Shown: piece after piece, positions 29,357 to 39,446 of the stretch | Layout: every line of letters starts with the position of its first letter | How positions within the stretch are numbered: the stretch's first letter is position 1 | Source: a plasmid | Reading direction: 5' to 3' (one strand) | DNA length: 64,000 nt | Sequence record: NZ_CP104760.1 | Made by a program: the position numbers and the translations under genes | The notes under the pieces: generated by a model | Seen by the model: the letters and a program-made list of their open reading frames with translations, nothing else | What the model was told of the DNA's origin: nothing | Databases searched by the model: none

Positions 29357-30235
29357 ATGAAGATGAAAGGCATTTTACCTGCGCTGGTCACCCCGTTTAA
29401 CGATGCGGGCGACGTCGATCACGATCAACTGGCCGCGATTCTGGAGTATCAGCTTAAGGCGGGCGTAAGCGGTTTTGTACCGCTCGGCTCGACCGGCGAA
29501 TACTATGCGCTCACCAACGAAGAGCGCCGTCAGGTACTGAAAACGGTGAAAACCGTGGTGGGGGATCGCGGCACGCTGATCGCAGGTGCCAACGGCTCCT
29601 GTACCCGCGAGGTGCTGGAACAGGTCAGACAGACGGTTGAGGCGGGCTACCACAATCTGCTGATCGCGCCGCCCTATTACGCGCTGCCGTCACAAGAGGA
29701 GCTGATAGCGCATTACCAGGCGATTTTAAATGAATTTAGTGACATTAACCTGGTTCTCTATAACTATCCCGTGCGCACCAATGTAGAGGTAGGCTTTGGC
29801 GTGCTGGACGCGTTTAAAGATCATCCTCGGGTCGTCGGCATTAAGGAGAGCAGCGGCAGCGTGCTGCGCGCCGTTGAGATTGGCAACGCTTATAAAGCGC
29901 ATTATCAGCTCTCCTGCGGCTCCGACGACGTCGCCTTTGACTTCTTTATGTGGGGCGCCAGCAGCTGGATCTGCGGACCGGCCAACTGCTTCCCGGATCA
30001 GATCTGCGACTTCTACCGTAAGTTCAGCAGCGGCGATCTGGCTGGCGCGCAGAACGTGATGCGCGCGCTGTTCCCGGTGATGGCGAGCATGGAAGAGGGC
30101 AAATTTATTCAGAAGGTAAAATATGGCTGCGAGCTGGCGGGCTTCAGGCCGGGCAATGCGCGTATGCCGCTGCTGCCGCTGACCGCCGAAGAGAAGGCCG
30201 ATTTCCGCAAAATTTTTGAAGCGTCGCAGGGCTAA
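29357..30235 (+). CDS. DapA/DHDPS-family lyase (candidate 1-pyrroline-4-hydroxy-2-carboxylate deaminase, HypD-like)
   Basis: DHDPS-family N-terminus ILPALVTPF...GSTGEYYALT. 292 aa. Genomic context with hydroxyproline genes. Confidence 0.65.
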   Translation: MKMKGILPALVTPFNDAGDVDHDQLAAILEYQLKAGVSGFVPLGSTGEYYALTNEERRQVLKTVKTVVGDRGTLIAGANGSCTREVLEQVRQTVEAGYHNLLIAPPYYALPSQEELIAHYQAILNEFSDINLVLYNYPVRTNVEVGFGVLDAFKDHPRVVGIKESSGSVLRAVEIGNAYKAHYQLSCGSDDVAFDFFMWGASSWICGPANCFPDQICDFYRKFSSGDLAGAQNVMRALFPVMASMEEGKFIQKVKYGCELAGFRPGNARMPLLPLTAEEKADFRKIFEASQG

Positions 30236-30297
30236 ACCGACTGGCGCGCAGGCTGGCGAATAGCCCGTTTGTCAGCCGCTTAACTGAGTGAAACAAC

Positions 30298-31563
30298 ATG
30301 TCGAAACAGCAGCAGTCAGTAGTGATTGGTGGCGGTATTGTTGGCGTCTGTTGCGCCCTCTACCTGCAAAAGGAGGGGCATCAGGTGTGGCTGATCGATC
30401 CGGCCGCGCCGGGCGACAGCACGGCCAAATGGAGCTGCGGGCAGATGGCGGTGAGCGAAATTATCCCGCTCTCTAAGCCAGGCATACTCAAGCGTATTCC
30501 CGGCTGGCTGCTGGATCAGACCGGGCCTTTGGCGCTGCGTCCGGCGGCGGTGCCGTCGATTTTACCCTGGTTTTTACGCTTCGTCGGCAACGCGCGTCCC
30601 AGCCGCATTAACGCGATTTCGCAGGCGATGGCGACGCTTACGCGTGAAGTCTACAACGATTTTGCCGCGCTGCTGGCGCTCTGCCCGGATAAAACGCTGC
30701 TTGGTCAGCGTCCGGTAATTGAAGTGTTTGATACGCCGCACGGCCTGGCGGCCGAGCGCGAGCACCTGGAGCTGCGCGAGCGGCTGGGCTTCAAGGCTGA
30801 GATGCTCGACGCGGGCGCCATTGGCGAACTGGAGCCGGTGCTGGCGGGCAAGTTTTCCCACGGCGTGCTCTTTCCCGACTGGTGCGCGGTCAGCGATACC
30901 AAAGGTTTTATCGCCGCGCTCACCGAGGCGTTCGTGCGTCAGGGCGGCATACGCATTGACACCGAAGCGGCCACTATTCTCGAGGCGCAGGGCGTAGCCA
31001 CCGGCGTCACGCTGCACGACGGCCGTATGCTCTCTGCCGATCACGTTGTGGTGGCGGCGGGAACCGGTTCGCGCCGCTTTTTCCCGCAGCTTGGGGTGCG
31101 CGTGCCGCTGACCGGCATTTCCGGCTATCAGGCGCTCCTGCCGCAGCCAGAGGTGGAGTTTCGTCACTCGGTCATCTATGCGGATGGCGGTTTTTGCTTT
31201 ACGCCCATGACGCGGGGTCTGCAAATTGGCGGCACCATCGAGTTTGCAGGCGCCGACGCCAGACCTGACTTCAGGCGCGCGGAAATTATCCTGCAAAAGG
31301 CGCGCAGACTGCTGCCGCAGCTTAACGACACGGCGAAGGAGTTTGGCGTAGGGCATCGTCCTTTTTTACCCGATACCAAACCGATCATCGATCGCTCGCG
31401 CCGCCTGCAAAACGTCCTGATGGCTTTTGGTCACGGGCAGCTCGGCCTGACGCTGGGTGCCACTACGGGTCGCCTGATCGCCGATCTTGCCGCGAAGCGT
31501 TCGACTGCGCAGGACCTGACGCCCTTTAGTGCCTATCGATTTATGGAAGGAGAACGCACATGA
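30298..31563 (+). CDS. FAD-dependent oxidoreductase (DadA/DAO superfamily; candidate D-hydroxyproline dehydrogenase HypO-like)
   Basis: FAD dinucleotide motif VVIGGGIVGVCCALYLQKEGHQVWLID. 421 aa. Confidence 0.65.
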   Translation: MSKQQQSVVIGGGIVGVCCALYLQKEGHQVWLIDPAAPGDSTAKWSCGQMAVSEIIPLSKPGILKRIPGWLLDQTGPLALRPAAVPSILPWFLRFVGNARPSRINAISQAMATLTREVYNDFAALLALCPDKTLLGQRPVIEVFDTPHGLAAEREHLELRERLGFKAEMLDAGAIGELEPVLAGKFSHGVLFPDWCAVSDTKGFIAALTEAFVRQGGIRIDTEAATILEAQGVATGVTLHDGRMLSADHVVVAAGTGSRRFFPQLGVRVPLTGISGYQALLPQPEVEFRHSVIYADGGFCFTPMTRGLQIGGTIEFAGADARPDFRRAEIILQKARRLLPQLNDTAKEFGVGHRPFLPDTKPIIDRSRRLQNVLMAFGHGQLGLTLGATTGRLIADLAAKRSTAQDLTPFSAYRFMEGERT

Positions 31564-33041
31564 GCTTTAGCAACACCCTGTTTATCAATGGAGAGTGGAA
31601 GCCACCGGTCAGGGGCGGCAGCTTCGATACCATCGATCCCGCAACTGAGGTCGCTATCGCGCAGGTGGCGGCGGCCACCAGAGAGGATGTTGATCTGGCG
31701 GTTCAGGCGGCACGGCGCGCCTTTGACGACGGCGGCTGGCCTCTGCTGAGCGGAAAGCAGCGCGCTGACTATCTGCGCCGCATCGCCAGCCTGATCCGCG
31801 ATAAACAGCAGACGCTGGCGGAGCTGGAGGTGCGCGACAACGGTAAGCCGCTGCCGGAGGCGCTGTGGGATATTGGCGATACCGCCTACTGCTTCGACTT
31901 TTACGCCGACCTGGCGGAGAAGCTGGATGGCGAGCGAGAGCAGACGGTCGCGCTCACCGACGAACGCTTCAGCTCGGTCGCGCGCAAAGAGCCGGTAGGC
32001 GTCTGCGGCGCGATCGTGCCGTGGAATTTCCCGATGCTGATGGCGGCCTGGAAAGTGGCGCCTGCGCTGGCGGCGGGCTGTACCGTCGTGCTGAAACCCT
32101 CGGAGGTCACGCCGCTTACCGCCCTGCAGCTGGCGGAGATTGCCCGCGAGGCAGAGCTGCCGCCGGGCGTGCTCAACGTTATCACCGGCTTTGGCCCGGA
32201 GGCTGGCGCGCCGCTGAGCGAGCACCCGGATGTCGACAAGCTCGCCTTCACCGGCAGCGTGCCGACCGGCCGTAAAATCATGCAGACCGCGGCCGCTGAT
32301 ATTAAAAACGTCAGCCTTGAGCTGGGCGGGAAGTCCGCTTTTATTGTGTTTGACGACAGCGATATTGAAAAAGCAGTGGAGTGGATCCTCTTCGGTATTT
32401 TCTGGAACAAAGGCGAAGTCTGTTCCGCGACGTCACGCGTGCTGGTACAGCGCGGACTCTATGAGCCTCTGCTGGCGCGGCTGGTGGAGGAAGCGGAGAA
32501 GATCCGCATCGGCAACGGCATGCAGGCGGACGTGCTGCTGGGGCCGCTGGTTAATGCGGCGCAGTATGATAAGGTCCGGCGCGCTATCGCGCAGGGCGTG
32601 GAGCAGGGCGCGACGCTGCTGAGCGGGGGGGCGCGTCCGGCGGGACATGAGAAGGGCTTTTTCCTGCAGCCGACTATTTTTACCGATATGACGGAAGAGA
32701 GCGATATCTGGCGGGAAGAGATCTTCGGCCCGGTGGTCTGCGTGCGGGCGTTTGACAACGAAGCGGAAGCCATCGCCTCCGCCAACCGTTCGCGCTTTGG
32801 CCTGGCGGCCGCTGTTATGTCAGCCGATCTCGAACGCGCGGAGCGGGTAGCGCGCAGGCTACGGGCAGGCATCATCTGGATCAACTGTTCGCAGCCTACC
32901 TTCACTGAGGCGCCGTGGGGCGGCTATAAGCAGAGCGGTATCGGCCGCGAGCTAGGCGAATGGGGATTAAACAACTACCTGGAAATCAAACAAATTACCC
33001 GCTACGACAGCGAAGAGCCCTGGGGCTGGTACCTGAAATAA
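31560..33041 (+). CDS. NAD(P)-dependent aldehyde dehydrogenase (candidate alpha-ketoglutarate-semialdehyde dehydrogenase)
   Basis: ALDH motifs FTGSVPTGRKI, ELGGKSAFIVFDD and catalytic Cys in GEVCSATSRV. Start overlaps the upstream stop (ATGA). Confidence 0.75.
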   Translation: MSFSNTLFINGEWKPPVRGGSFDTIDPATEVAIAQVAAATREDVDLAVQAARRAFDDGGWPLLSGKQRADYLRRIASLIRDKQQTLAELEVRDNGKPLPEALWDIGDTAYCFDFYADLAEKLDGEREQTVALTDERFSSVARKEPVGVCGAIVPWNFPMLMAAWKVAPALAAGCTVVLKPSEVTPLTALQLAEIAREAELPPGVLNVITGFGPEAGAPLSEHPDVDKLAFTGSVPTGRKIMQTAAADIKNVSLELGGKSAFIVFDDSDIEKAVEWILFGIFWNKGEVCSATSRVLVQRGLYEPLLARLVEEAEKIRIGNGMQADVLLGPLVNAAQYDKVRRAIAQGVEQGATLLSGGARPAGHEKGFFLQPTIFTDMTEESDIWREEIFGPVVCVRAFDNEAEAIASANRSRFGLAAAVMSADLERAERVARRLRAGIIWINCSQPTFTEAPWGGYKQSGIGRELGEWGLNNYLEIKQITRYDSEEPWGWYLK

Positions 33042-33052
33042 GAGATAACGCG

Positions 33053-34078
33053 ATGCGCTGGAAAAAAACGCTACAGCTGATTGATGTGCACTGTGAAGGT
33101 GAGATAGGCAAAGTCATTACGTCGGGCGTCATAGATATTCCGGGCGCCACGATGCTCGACAAGATGAATTACATCAACGAGGTCGATGACAGTCTGCGCC
33201 GTTTAGTCACGCTGGAGCCGCGCGGCTGCCTGCAGATGTCGGTAAACCTGCTGCTGCCGCCGACGGTGCCGGGGGCCCATGCCGGTTTTATCGTGCTCCA
33301 GGCGGACAAAGCGCATCCAATGTCCGGCAGCAACTGCATCTGCGTGGTGACCGCGCTGCTTGAGACCGGCATGGTCGCCATGCAGGAGCCGGAAACCCGG
33401 GTCGTCCTCGACACGCCGGCCGGCATCGTGACGGCCATTGCACGCTGCTCCGACGGCCGCTGTCTCAGCGTTTCGCTCGATATGGTGCCCGCCTTTGTTG
33501 AGCATCTGGATCGCGAGTTCGAGATCCCCGGCGTGGGCAAGCTGAAGGCGGATATCGCCTTTGGCGGCGTCTACTATGCGCTGGTGGATGTGGAGCAGAT
33601 CGGTCTGACCATCGGGCCTGATAACGCGCGCGCCCTGGCGAGCTACGGCGTCGATTTTCGCCACTACATCAACCAGCAGATCAAGGTAGCGCATCCTCTG
33701 CTGCCGCAAATCAATGAGGTCGCCTACGTTATGTTTCGCCAGCGCGAAGAGAGCCGAATCTGGCGCACCTGCACTACGCTGCCGCCGGGGCGGGTCGATC
33801 GCTCACCCTGCGGCACCGGCAGCTCGGCAAACCTGGCGACGCTTGACGCGCGGGGCGAGGTTGAAATCGGCGATGAGCTGACCTCGCGCTCTACCATTAA
33901 CGGCGAGTTCAGGGTGCAGCTGCTCGGCCGTACGCAGGTTGGCGAGAAGTCGGCCGTGTTGCCGCGCGTAACGGGACGGGCCTGGGTTTACGGCTTTCAG
34001 CAGCTGGGGGTGGATCCGGACGATCCTCTCTCCGCCGGCTTTATGCTGAGCGACACCTGGGGACCGGCATTGTCCTGA
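33053..34078 (+). CDS. proline racemase-family enzyme with Cys/Cys catalytic pair (candidate 4-hydroxyproline 2-epimerase)
   Basis: Start ATG 33053 (MRWKKTLQLIDVHCEGE). First catalytic Cys in MSGSNCICVV. Second in DRSPCGTGSSA. A Cys/Cys pair indicates an epimerase/racemase rather than a dehydratase. Confidence 0.75.
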   Translation: MRWKKTLQLIDVHCEGEIGKVITSGVIDIPGATMLDKMNYINEVDDSLRRLVTLEPRGCLQMSVNLLLPPTVPGAHAGFIVLQADKAHPMSGSNCICVVTALLETGMVAMQEPETRVVLDTPAGIVTAIARCSDGRCLSVSLDMVPAFVEHLDREFEIPGVGKLKADIAFGGVYYALVDVEQIGLTIGPDNARALASYGVDFRHYINQQIKVAHPLLPQINEVAYVMFRQREESRIWRTCTTLPPGRVDRSPCGTGSSANLATLDARGEVEIGDELTSRSTINGEFRVQLLGRTQVGEKSAVLPRVTGRAWVYGFQQLGVDPDDPLSAGFMLSDTWGPALS

Positions 34079-34130
34079 CTGATGCTGACCGCTAACATGC
34101 CTTTAAATTCTTCAGCCAAAGAGTCGGATA

Positions 34131-34841
34131 ATGCGCAAAAAAAGTGAGAAAGAAGAGGGAGCAGGACGTCGCCACGGCGGACGTTATATCTATGAAGAGC
34201 TGCGCCGCCAGATCCTCACGCTTCAGCTAAAGCATGGCGAGCAGCTGGATGAGATTTCGCTGGCGACCACCTTTGGCCTGTCGCGGTCGCCGGTGCGCGA
34301 TGCGATGGCGCGGCTGGTCAGTGAAGGGCTGGTGACTATTCTGCCCAACCGGACGGCGATCGTGACGCCGTTTGAGATTGAGGAGTTTCCTAACTACATC
34401 ACGGCGCTGGACTTAGTGCAGCGCGCGGTGACCCGTCTGGCGGCGCTGCATCGCAACGATGAGGATATCGCCCGTATCGAGGCGGCCAACGAAGCCTATA
34501 TGGAGATGGTTTATAAAGGTGACTTTAGCGCCATGACCGAGCGCAACAAGGAGTTTCATCTTGCGATAGCCGCTGCGGCGCGCAACGGCTATCTGGCGAA
34601 ATATTATGACAAATTACTGTCGGAAGGGCAGCGCATACAGCATTTACAGTTCGATTTTATGACGCGTCAGGACGCGCCCTCAAAGCTGGGACGGGATCAC
34701 GATGAGCTGATCGCGGCGATTAAATCGGGCGACCCGGATCTGGCGGACACCAGAGCGCACGAACATACGATGCTGTTTCAAAATCGCTTTCTGACCTTTA
34801 TGCAGCGCAATTTATTAAAGGATATGGAGCTGAACTATTAA
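34131..34841 (+). CDS. GntR-family (FadR/FCD subfamily) transcriptional regulator
   Basis: wHTH: IYEELRRQILTLQLKHGEQLDEISLATTFGLSRSPVRDAMARLVSEGLV. C-terminal FCD-like helical domain. Confidence 0.8.
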   Translation: MRKKSEKEEGAGRRHGGRYIYEELRRQILTLQLKHGEQLDEISLATTFGLSRSPVRDAMARLVSEGLVTILPNRTAIVTPFEIEEFPNYITALDLVQRAVTRLAALHRNDEDIARIEAANEAYMEMVYKGDFSAMTERNKEFHLAIAAAARNGYLAKYYDKLLSEGQRIQHLQFDFMTRQDAPSKLGRDHDELIAAIKSGDPDLADTRAHEHTMLFQNRFLTFMQRNLLKDMELNY

Positions 34842-34892
34842 TTAACGGCTCCGATTCTGCCCGCTGATTTTGTCGCACCCGCAGATTCGTTC

Positions 34893-34915
34893 CGGCAGAC
34901 TGCTGCCGCCTTTTT
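34893..34915 (+). terminator. rho-independent terminator (CGGCAG-actg-CTGCCG followed by CCTTTTT)
   Basis: 6-bp GC-rich stem, 4-nt loop and T-run read directly. 50 nt downstream of the GntR stop. Confidence 0.55.
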
Positions 34916-34954
34916 AAGCTTTTTCATATTTAACCATCGTTAAAAGGACTAAAA

Positions 34955-35710
34955 ATGAATCGCTTTCAGAACAAGAACGTCATTATTACCGGCGGCGCGG
35001 GAGGTATAGGCGAGGCCGTCTGCCGCCGCTTTGCGCGCGAGGGCGCGCAGGTGTGGATTCTGGACAGCAACGCCCGGGCAGCGGCGGCGCTGGCAGAAGA
35101 TATCAACGCTTCGGGCGGCAGGGCGCGCTGGCAGGCGGTGGATCTCTCCAGCCGAGAGGCGATTGCGGCCTTTGTCTCTGAGCTGAAAGCGCAGGAAAGC
35201 CGCATTGATGTGCTGATCAACAATGCGGGTATTAACCGGCGCGGCGCGCTGCTTGATCTGAGCGAAACGGACTGGGAAGAGACCTTTACCCTGAACCTTG
35301 ATGCGCTGTTTCATATGTGTCGCGCCGTACTGCCGCATATGATCGCGCAGGGCGGCGGCGCCATCGTCAATACCGCCTCGCAGTGGGGCCTGCACCCGGC
35401 GCCGGGTCATATCGCCTACAATACCTCTAAAGCCGCCGTGGCGGCATTTACCCTTAACCTCGCCCGCGACTACGCGCCGGCAAAGGTGCGAGTTAACGCC
35501 GTCTGCCCCGGCGAGGTCCGCACGCCCATGCTGGAGAGCAATCTTGCCCGCAGCGGCCGCTCGCTGGACGATCTTAATGCGCTGGTGCCGTTCGGGCGTA
35601 TTGGCGAGCCGGAAGAGATTGCCGCGGCGATCGCTTTTCTCGCTTCTGATGAAGCGCCCTATCTGTGCGGTTCTTTGCTGGAAATCACTGGCGCACAAGC
35701 CGTCGCTTAA
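34955..35710 (+). CDS. SDR-family oxidoreductase
   Basis: TGGAGGIG cofactor motif. NNAG. Catalytic YNTSK. Confidence 0.8.
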   Translation: MNRFQNKNVIITGGAGGIGEAVCRRFAREGAQVWILDSNARAAAALAEDINASGGRARWQAVDLSSREAIAAFVSELKAQESRIDVLINNAGINRRGALLDLSETDWEETFTLNLDALFHMCRAVLPHMIAQGGGAIVNTASQWGLHPAPGHIAYNTSKAAVAAFTLNLARDYAPAKVRVNAVCPGEVRTPMLESNLARSGRSLDDLNALVPFGRIGEPEEIAAAIAFLASDEAPYLCGSLLEITGAQAVA

Positions 35711-35724
35711 CCAAAGGAGTGAAG

Positions 35725-36477
35725 ATGAGTTCTCTGTCAGGAAAAACGGTGCTGGTAACCGGTGCGACCAAGGGCATCGGCAGCGAAATAGTAAAAGCGC
35801 TGCTCGCGGAAGGCGCGAGGGTTATCGGTCACTACGGCCGCGACAGGCAGAGCGCCGGGCAGATGCTGGCACGCTATCCCGAACGTCTGCAGTTGATTCA
35901 GTCAGATTTAGCGCAGGCGGACGGCGCACAGCGGCTGTGGCAGCAGGCGCTGAGCCTCACCGAGACCATTGACGTGCTGGTGAACAACGCCGGGATTTAC
36001 GTCGCGACGCCGCTGAACGACGCGGCGGCCTGGGACGACGGCTGGCAGCTTAATTTACAGGTGAATCTGAAAGCGCCGGCAGACCTGTGCCGACTGGCTA
36101 TCGAACACTTCGCCGCGCACGGCGGCGGCATCATTATCAATATGGCCAGCCGCTCCTCACATCGCGGCGATGGGCCGGATCATCTTGCCTACGGCGCGGC
36201 TAAAGGCGGTCTGCTGGCGCTGACCAAAGGCATCGCGCGCGGCTACGGTCATCAGAACGTGCTGGCCTACGCGCTGGCGCCCGGCTGGGTGCGCACCGCC
36301 ATGGCGGAAGAGCATATCGCCAGCGTTGGCGAAGAGAAGGTCACGGCCGATCTGCCGCTGCGGGAAGTGACGCCTCCCTCCGACGTCGCGGCGATGATCG
36401 CCTTTCTCGCCAGCGGTAAATGTCGCCATGCCACCGGCTCGACAATCGACATTACAGGCGCAGACTACGTTCGTTAA
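35725..36477 (+). CDS. SDR-family oxidoreductase
   Basis: Start ATG 35725 after AAGGAG. TGATKGIG. NNAG. YGAAK. Confidence 0.8.
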   Translation: MSSLSGKTVLVTGATKGIGSEIVKALLAEGARVIGHYGRDRQSAGQMLARYPERLQLIQSDLAQADGAQRLWQQALSLTETIDVLVNNAGIYVATPLNDAAAWDDGWQLNLQVNLKAPADLCRLAIEHFAAHGGGIIINMASRSSHRGDGPDHLAYGAAKGGLLALTKGIARGYGHQNVLAYALAPGWVRTAMAEEHIASVGEEKVTADLPLREVTPPSDVAAMIAFLASGKCRHATGSTIDITGADYVR

Positions 36478-36624
36478 CGTTTTCTCTCGTTGCGGGCATG
36501 CTTAAAACCTCTGTTCGGCGTCTGCCCGCCTTTTCTGAGCTGTTCCTGATCCATTAAGCCAGGCTTAACCCTTTGTAAGTATGCGGATATATCGCCTGGC
36601 TTCTCTCTGCCTCTCTGTGCAAGA

Positions 36625-36640
36625 TGTGATCTTGGTCACA
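36625..36640. promoter_or_regulatory. CRP-consensus site TGTGA-tcttgg-TCACA upstream of gcd
   Basis: Perfect match to both CRP half-sites with 6-bp spacer, ~355 bp upstream of the gcd start. Confidence 0.45.
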
Positions 36641-36994
36641 TCGTCCCGATCTATTAATCATAATTTAAAGTTATGTAAACACGCTGCATTGACTTTGTTA
36701 AAGGCCGGGATCTATCCTTCACGCCGCCATGTGTACAGGTTTGTATGCATTTATCTGCTGAAGCAGATTACGCAATGCTTAAAGCACAAGGCTGATAAAG
36801 ATGCGCGGACGCTAAGTCCAGGTTGCAACATCAAATAACCCCGCAAAATTTATGACGTTCCTGTTCGTAACTGAAACGGGCGGGCAGCCTTTTGCCTGAT
36901 AACTGTCGGCGGGAAAGGACGTCTCTTTTCACCGGGATATTTATCAGTTGAGAGCGGAGTGGATGCCTTTATTAATTAACAAGGGAAATAATTT

Positions 36995-39373
36995 ATGGAT
37001 GTGAATAAAACGGGGAAGCTCGGGCGAATCTGGCTAAGGCTGGTTGGCATTGTCACCGCCCTGGCCGGTCTCTATTTTATCGGCGGCGGGGGCTGGCTGG
37101 TCTGGCTGGGCGGCAGCGGATACTTTTTGATTGCTGGCGTGCTGCTGCTCGTCAGCGGTATTTTACTGTTCCGCCGTCATATGGCGGGCGCACTGCTGTT
37201 CGGCGTTACGCTGATCTTCAGTATTATCTGGTCGTTAATGGATGTTGGGCTGCAGTTCTGGCCGCTCTTTTCCCGACTCTTCGCACCCGCTGCGGGCGCG
37301 GTGCTGATTGCGTTTTCCGTTCCTCTGCTCTCCCGCCATCGTCAAACGCGTCACTGGTCGCTGGCCTTCGGCGGCGTGGTTGCGGTTGGCGTAATTGCCG
37401 CCTTTATCAGCACCTTCCAGCCAAAGGGAATTATCCGCAACGGAGATGTGGCAGCAAACAACGCGTCCGCTCACGATATCGCACCAGACTCCGGCCCTCA
37501 GGACTGGCAAACCTGGTCGGGAGATAGCAGGGGCTCACGCTTTTCAACGCTGAGCGATATCACCCCTGAAAACGTAAACGATCTTAAGGTCGCCTGGACG
37601 GCGCATACCGGCGAAGCCGTGGTGCCGGATAAAGGTGATGCGGAAGATCAGAACACGCCGCTGCAGATCGGCGACAGCCTGTTTGTCTGCACCGCCTACA
37701 CCTCGCTGATCTCCTACGATATCGACAGTGGTCAGGAAAAATGGCGTTACACCGCGGGCCGGGGCAACTCTACCTATCAGCGCTGCCGGGGCATTGGCTA
37801 CTTTGATGCGACCCGCGCTAAAAACGTGGTATCGCCAGGCAGCGCGCTTGACGCCTCCGTCAGCCCGCAGCGGCTGTTCTTCCCAACCGGTGACGGGCGC
37901 CTGGTCGCCATTGATGCGCACACGGGCAAGCCCGCCGCGAACTTTGGCGATAACGGCGTTGTCGACCTGAAGACCGGCATGGGTGAAGTGAAGCCTGGCT
38001 ACTATCAGCAGTCTTCCGCGCCGTTGGTGGCTGGCAACCTGGTTATCGTCGGCGGCCGCGTTATCGATAACTTCGAAACCGGTGAGCCGCCGGGCGTGGT
38101 TCGCGCCTTCGATGCCGTGACCGGAAAGCTGGTATGGGCGTGGGATCCAGGTAATCCTGCGGTGACGCGCGAGCCGCTCTCCCCGGCAGGTTACACGCGC
38201 GGCACGCCAAACGTCTGGGTCGGTATGTCTTATGACGCCGATCTCGGCCAGGTTTACCTGCCAACAGGCAACGCCACGCCGGACTTCTTCGGTGGCGAAC
38301 GTACCCCGGAAGATGACAAGTACAGTTCCTCTATCGTGGCGGTCAATGTGGCAACCGGTCGTCCGGTCTGGCACTTCCAGACCGTTCATCACGACCTGTG
38401 GGACTTTGATGTCACGGGCACGCCGCTGCTGTATGACATTAAAAACGATGACGGCACCGTCACGCCTGCGCTGGCTGAAACCTCTAAAACCGGCATGATT
38501 TACCTGCTCGATCGCCGTAACGGTAAACCGATCGCGCCGATTGAGGAGCGTCCTGTACCACAGGGCAATCTGCCGGGCGAACGCTATTCGCCTACGCAGC
38601 CTTACTCCTCAATGCCGGGTATCGGCAATGAGACGCTGAAAGAGTCCGATATGTGGGGCGCCACGCCGTTCGATCAGCTGCTGTGCCGCATTCGCTTTAA
38701 GTCCAGTCGCTATGAAGGCATTTTTACTCCTCCTGGGCTGGATATGACGCTGCAATATCCAGGATCGCTTGGTGGAATTAACTGGGGAGGCGTCTCAGTT
38801 GACCCCACGACGAATCTGATGTTTGTTAATGATTTACGTCTGGGTCTGTACTACAAAATGGTCGCTGCCAAAGACATTCCACCGGGACAAGGCACCAGCG
38901 AAGGGATGGGGTGGATTGTCCAGAAAGGGCTTCCGTTTGGTACTTTGCGTGAGCGTCTGATGTCGCCGCTGGGTGTGCCTTGCCAGGCGCCGCCTTTCGG
39001 CACGCTCTCGGCGATTAACCTGAAAACGCATCAGCTGGTATGGCAGATTCCAGTAGGCACCGTCCAGGATACCGGGCCGTTAGGGATACCGGTTGGCCTG
39101 CAGATGCCGCTGGGTATGCCAACCCTGGGGCCATCGCTGGCCACGCGTTCTGGCCTGCTGTTCTTTGCGGGTACGCAGGATTTTTATCTGCGCGCGTATA
39201 ACAGCCACACGGGCGAGGAGCTGTGGAAATCACGTCTGCCAGTGGGTAGCCAGAGCGGTCCCATCACCTACCGCTCGGCGAAGACAGGCAAGCAATACGT
39301 GGTTATTTTTGCCGGCGGTTCACCACATTCTGGCAAGCGCGGCGATGACGTTATCGCCTACAGCTTGCCCTGA
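36995..39373 (+). CDS. gcd: membrane-bound PQQ-dependent glucose dehydrogenase
   Basis: 792 aa. 5-TM N-terminus then PQQ beta-propeller. Collinear by eye with E. coli Gcd (LYFIGGGGWL, TVHHDLWD, KTGKQYVVIFAGG...DVIAY). Confidence 0.9.
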   Translation: MDVNKTGKLGRIWLRLVGIVTALAGLYFIGGGGWLVWLGGSGYFLIAGVLLLVSGILLFRRHMAGALLFGVTLIFSIIWSLMDVGLQFWPLFSRLFAPAAGAVLIAFSVPLLSRHRQTRHWSLAFGGVVAVGVIAAFISTFQPKGIIRNGDVAANNASAHDIAPDSGPQDWQTWSGDSRGSRFSTLSDITPENVNDLKVAWTAHTGEAVVPDKGDAEDQNTPLQIGDSLFVCTAYTSLISYDIDSGQEKWRYTAGRGNSTYQRCRGIGYFDATRAKNVVSPGSALDASVSPQRLFFPTGDGRLVAIDAHTGKPAANFGDNGVVDLKTGMGEVKPGYYQQSSAPLVAGNLVIVGGRVIDNFETGEPPGVVRAFDAVTGKLVWAWDPGNPAVTREPLSPAGYTRGTPNVWVGMSYDADLGQVYLPTGNATPDFFGGERTPEDDKYSSSIVAVNVATGRPVWHFQTVHHDLWDFDVTGTPLLYDIKNDDGTVTPALAETSKTGMIYLLDRRNGKPIAPIEERPVPQGNLPGERYSPTQPYSSMPGIGNETLKESDMWGATPFDQLLCRIRFKSSRYEGIFTPPGLDMTLQYPGSLGGINWGGVSVDPTTNLMFVNDLRLGLYYKMVAAKDIPPGQGTSEGMGWIVQKGLPFGTLRERLMSPLGVPCQAPPFGTLSAINLKTHQLVWQIPVGTVQDTGPLGIPVGLQMPLGMPTLGPSLATRSGLLFFAGTQDFYLRAYNSHTGEELWKSRLPVGSQSGPITYRSAKTGKQYVVIFAGGSPHSGKRGDDVIAYSLP

Positions 39374-39446
39374 TGGCAGACGCCTGTAGCAGGTGAACAG
39401 CGCTCAGGAGAGCCGTGAGTGACGCTCGCGGCTCGCCTGTTACTGG

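Noticed and set aside
30574-31356. 260-aa minus-strand ORF
   Set aside because: Antisense to the FAD-dependent oxidoreductase. Arg-rich.
36581-36838. 85-aa plus-strand ORF in the gcd upstream region
   Set aside because: Low-complexity, AT-rich, no RBS. More likely promoter/leader DNA containing the CRP site.
37544-38392. 282-aa minus-strand ORF
   Set aside because: Antisense to gcd, which is collinear with E. coli Gcd.
39374-39446. Possible terminator hairpin GAGCCG…CGGCTC between convergent gcd and SBP gene
   Set aside because: Only a 6-bp stem with a 13-nt loop and no T-run. Too weak to call.
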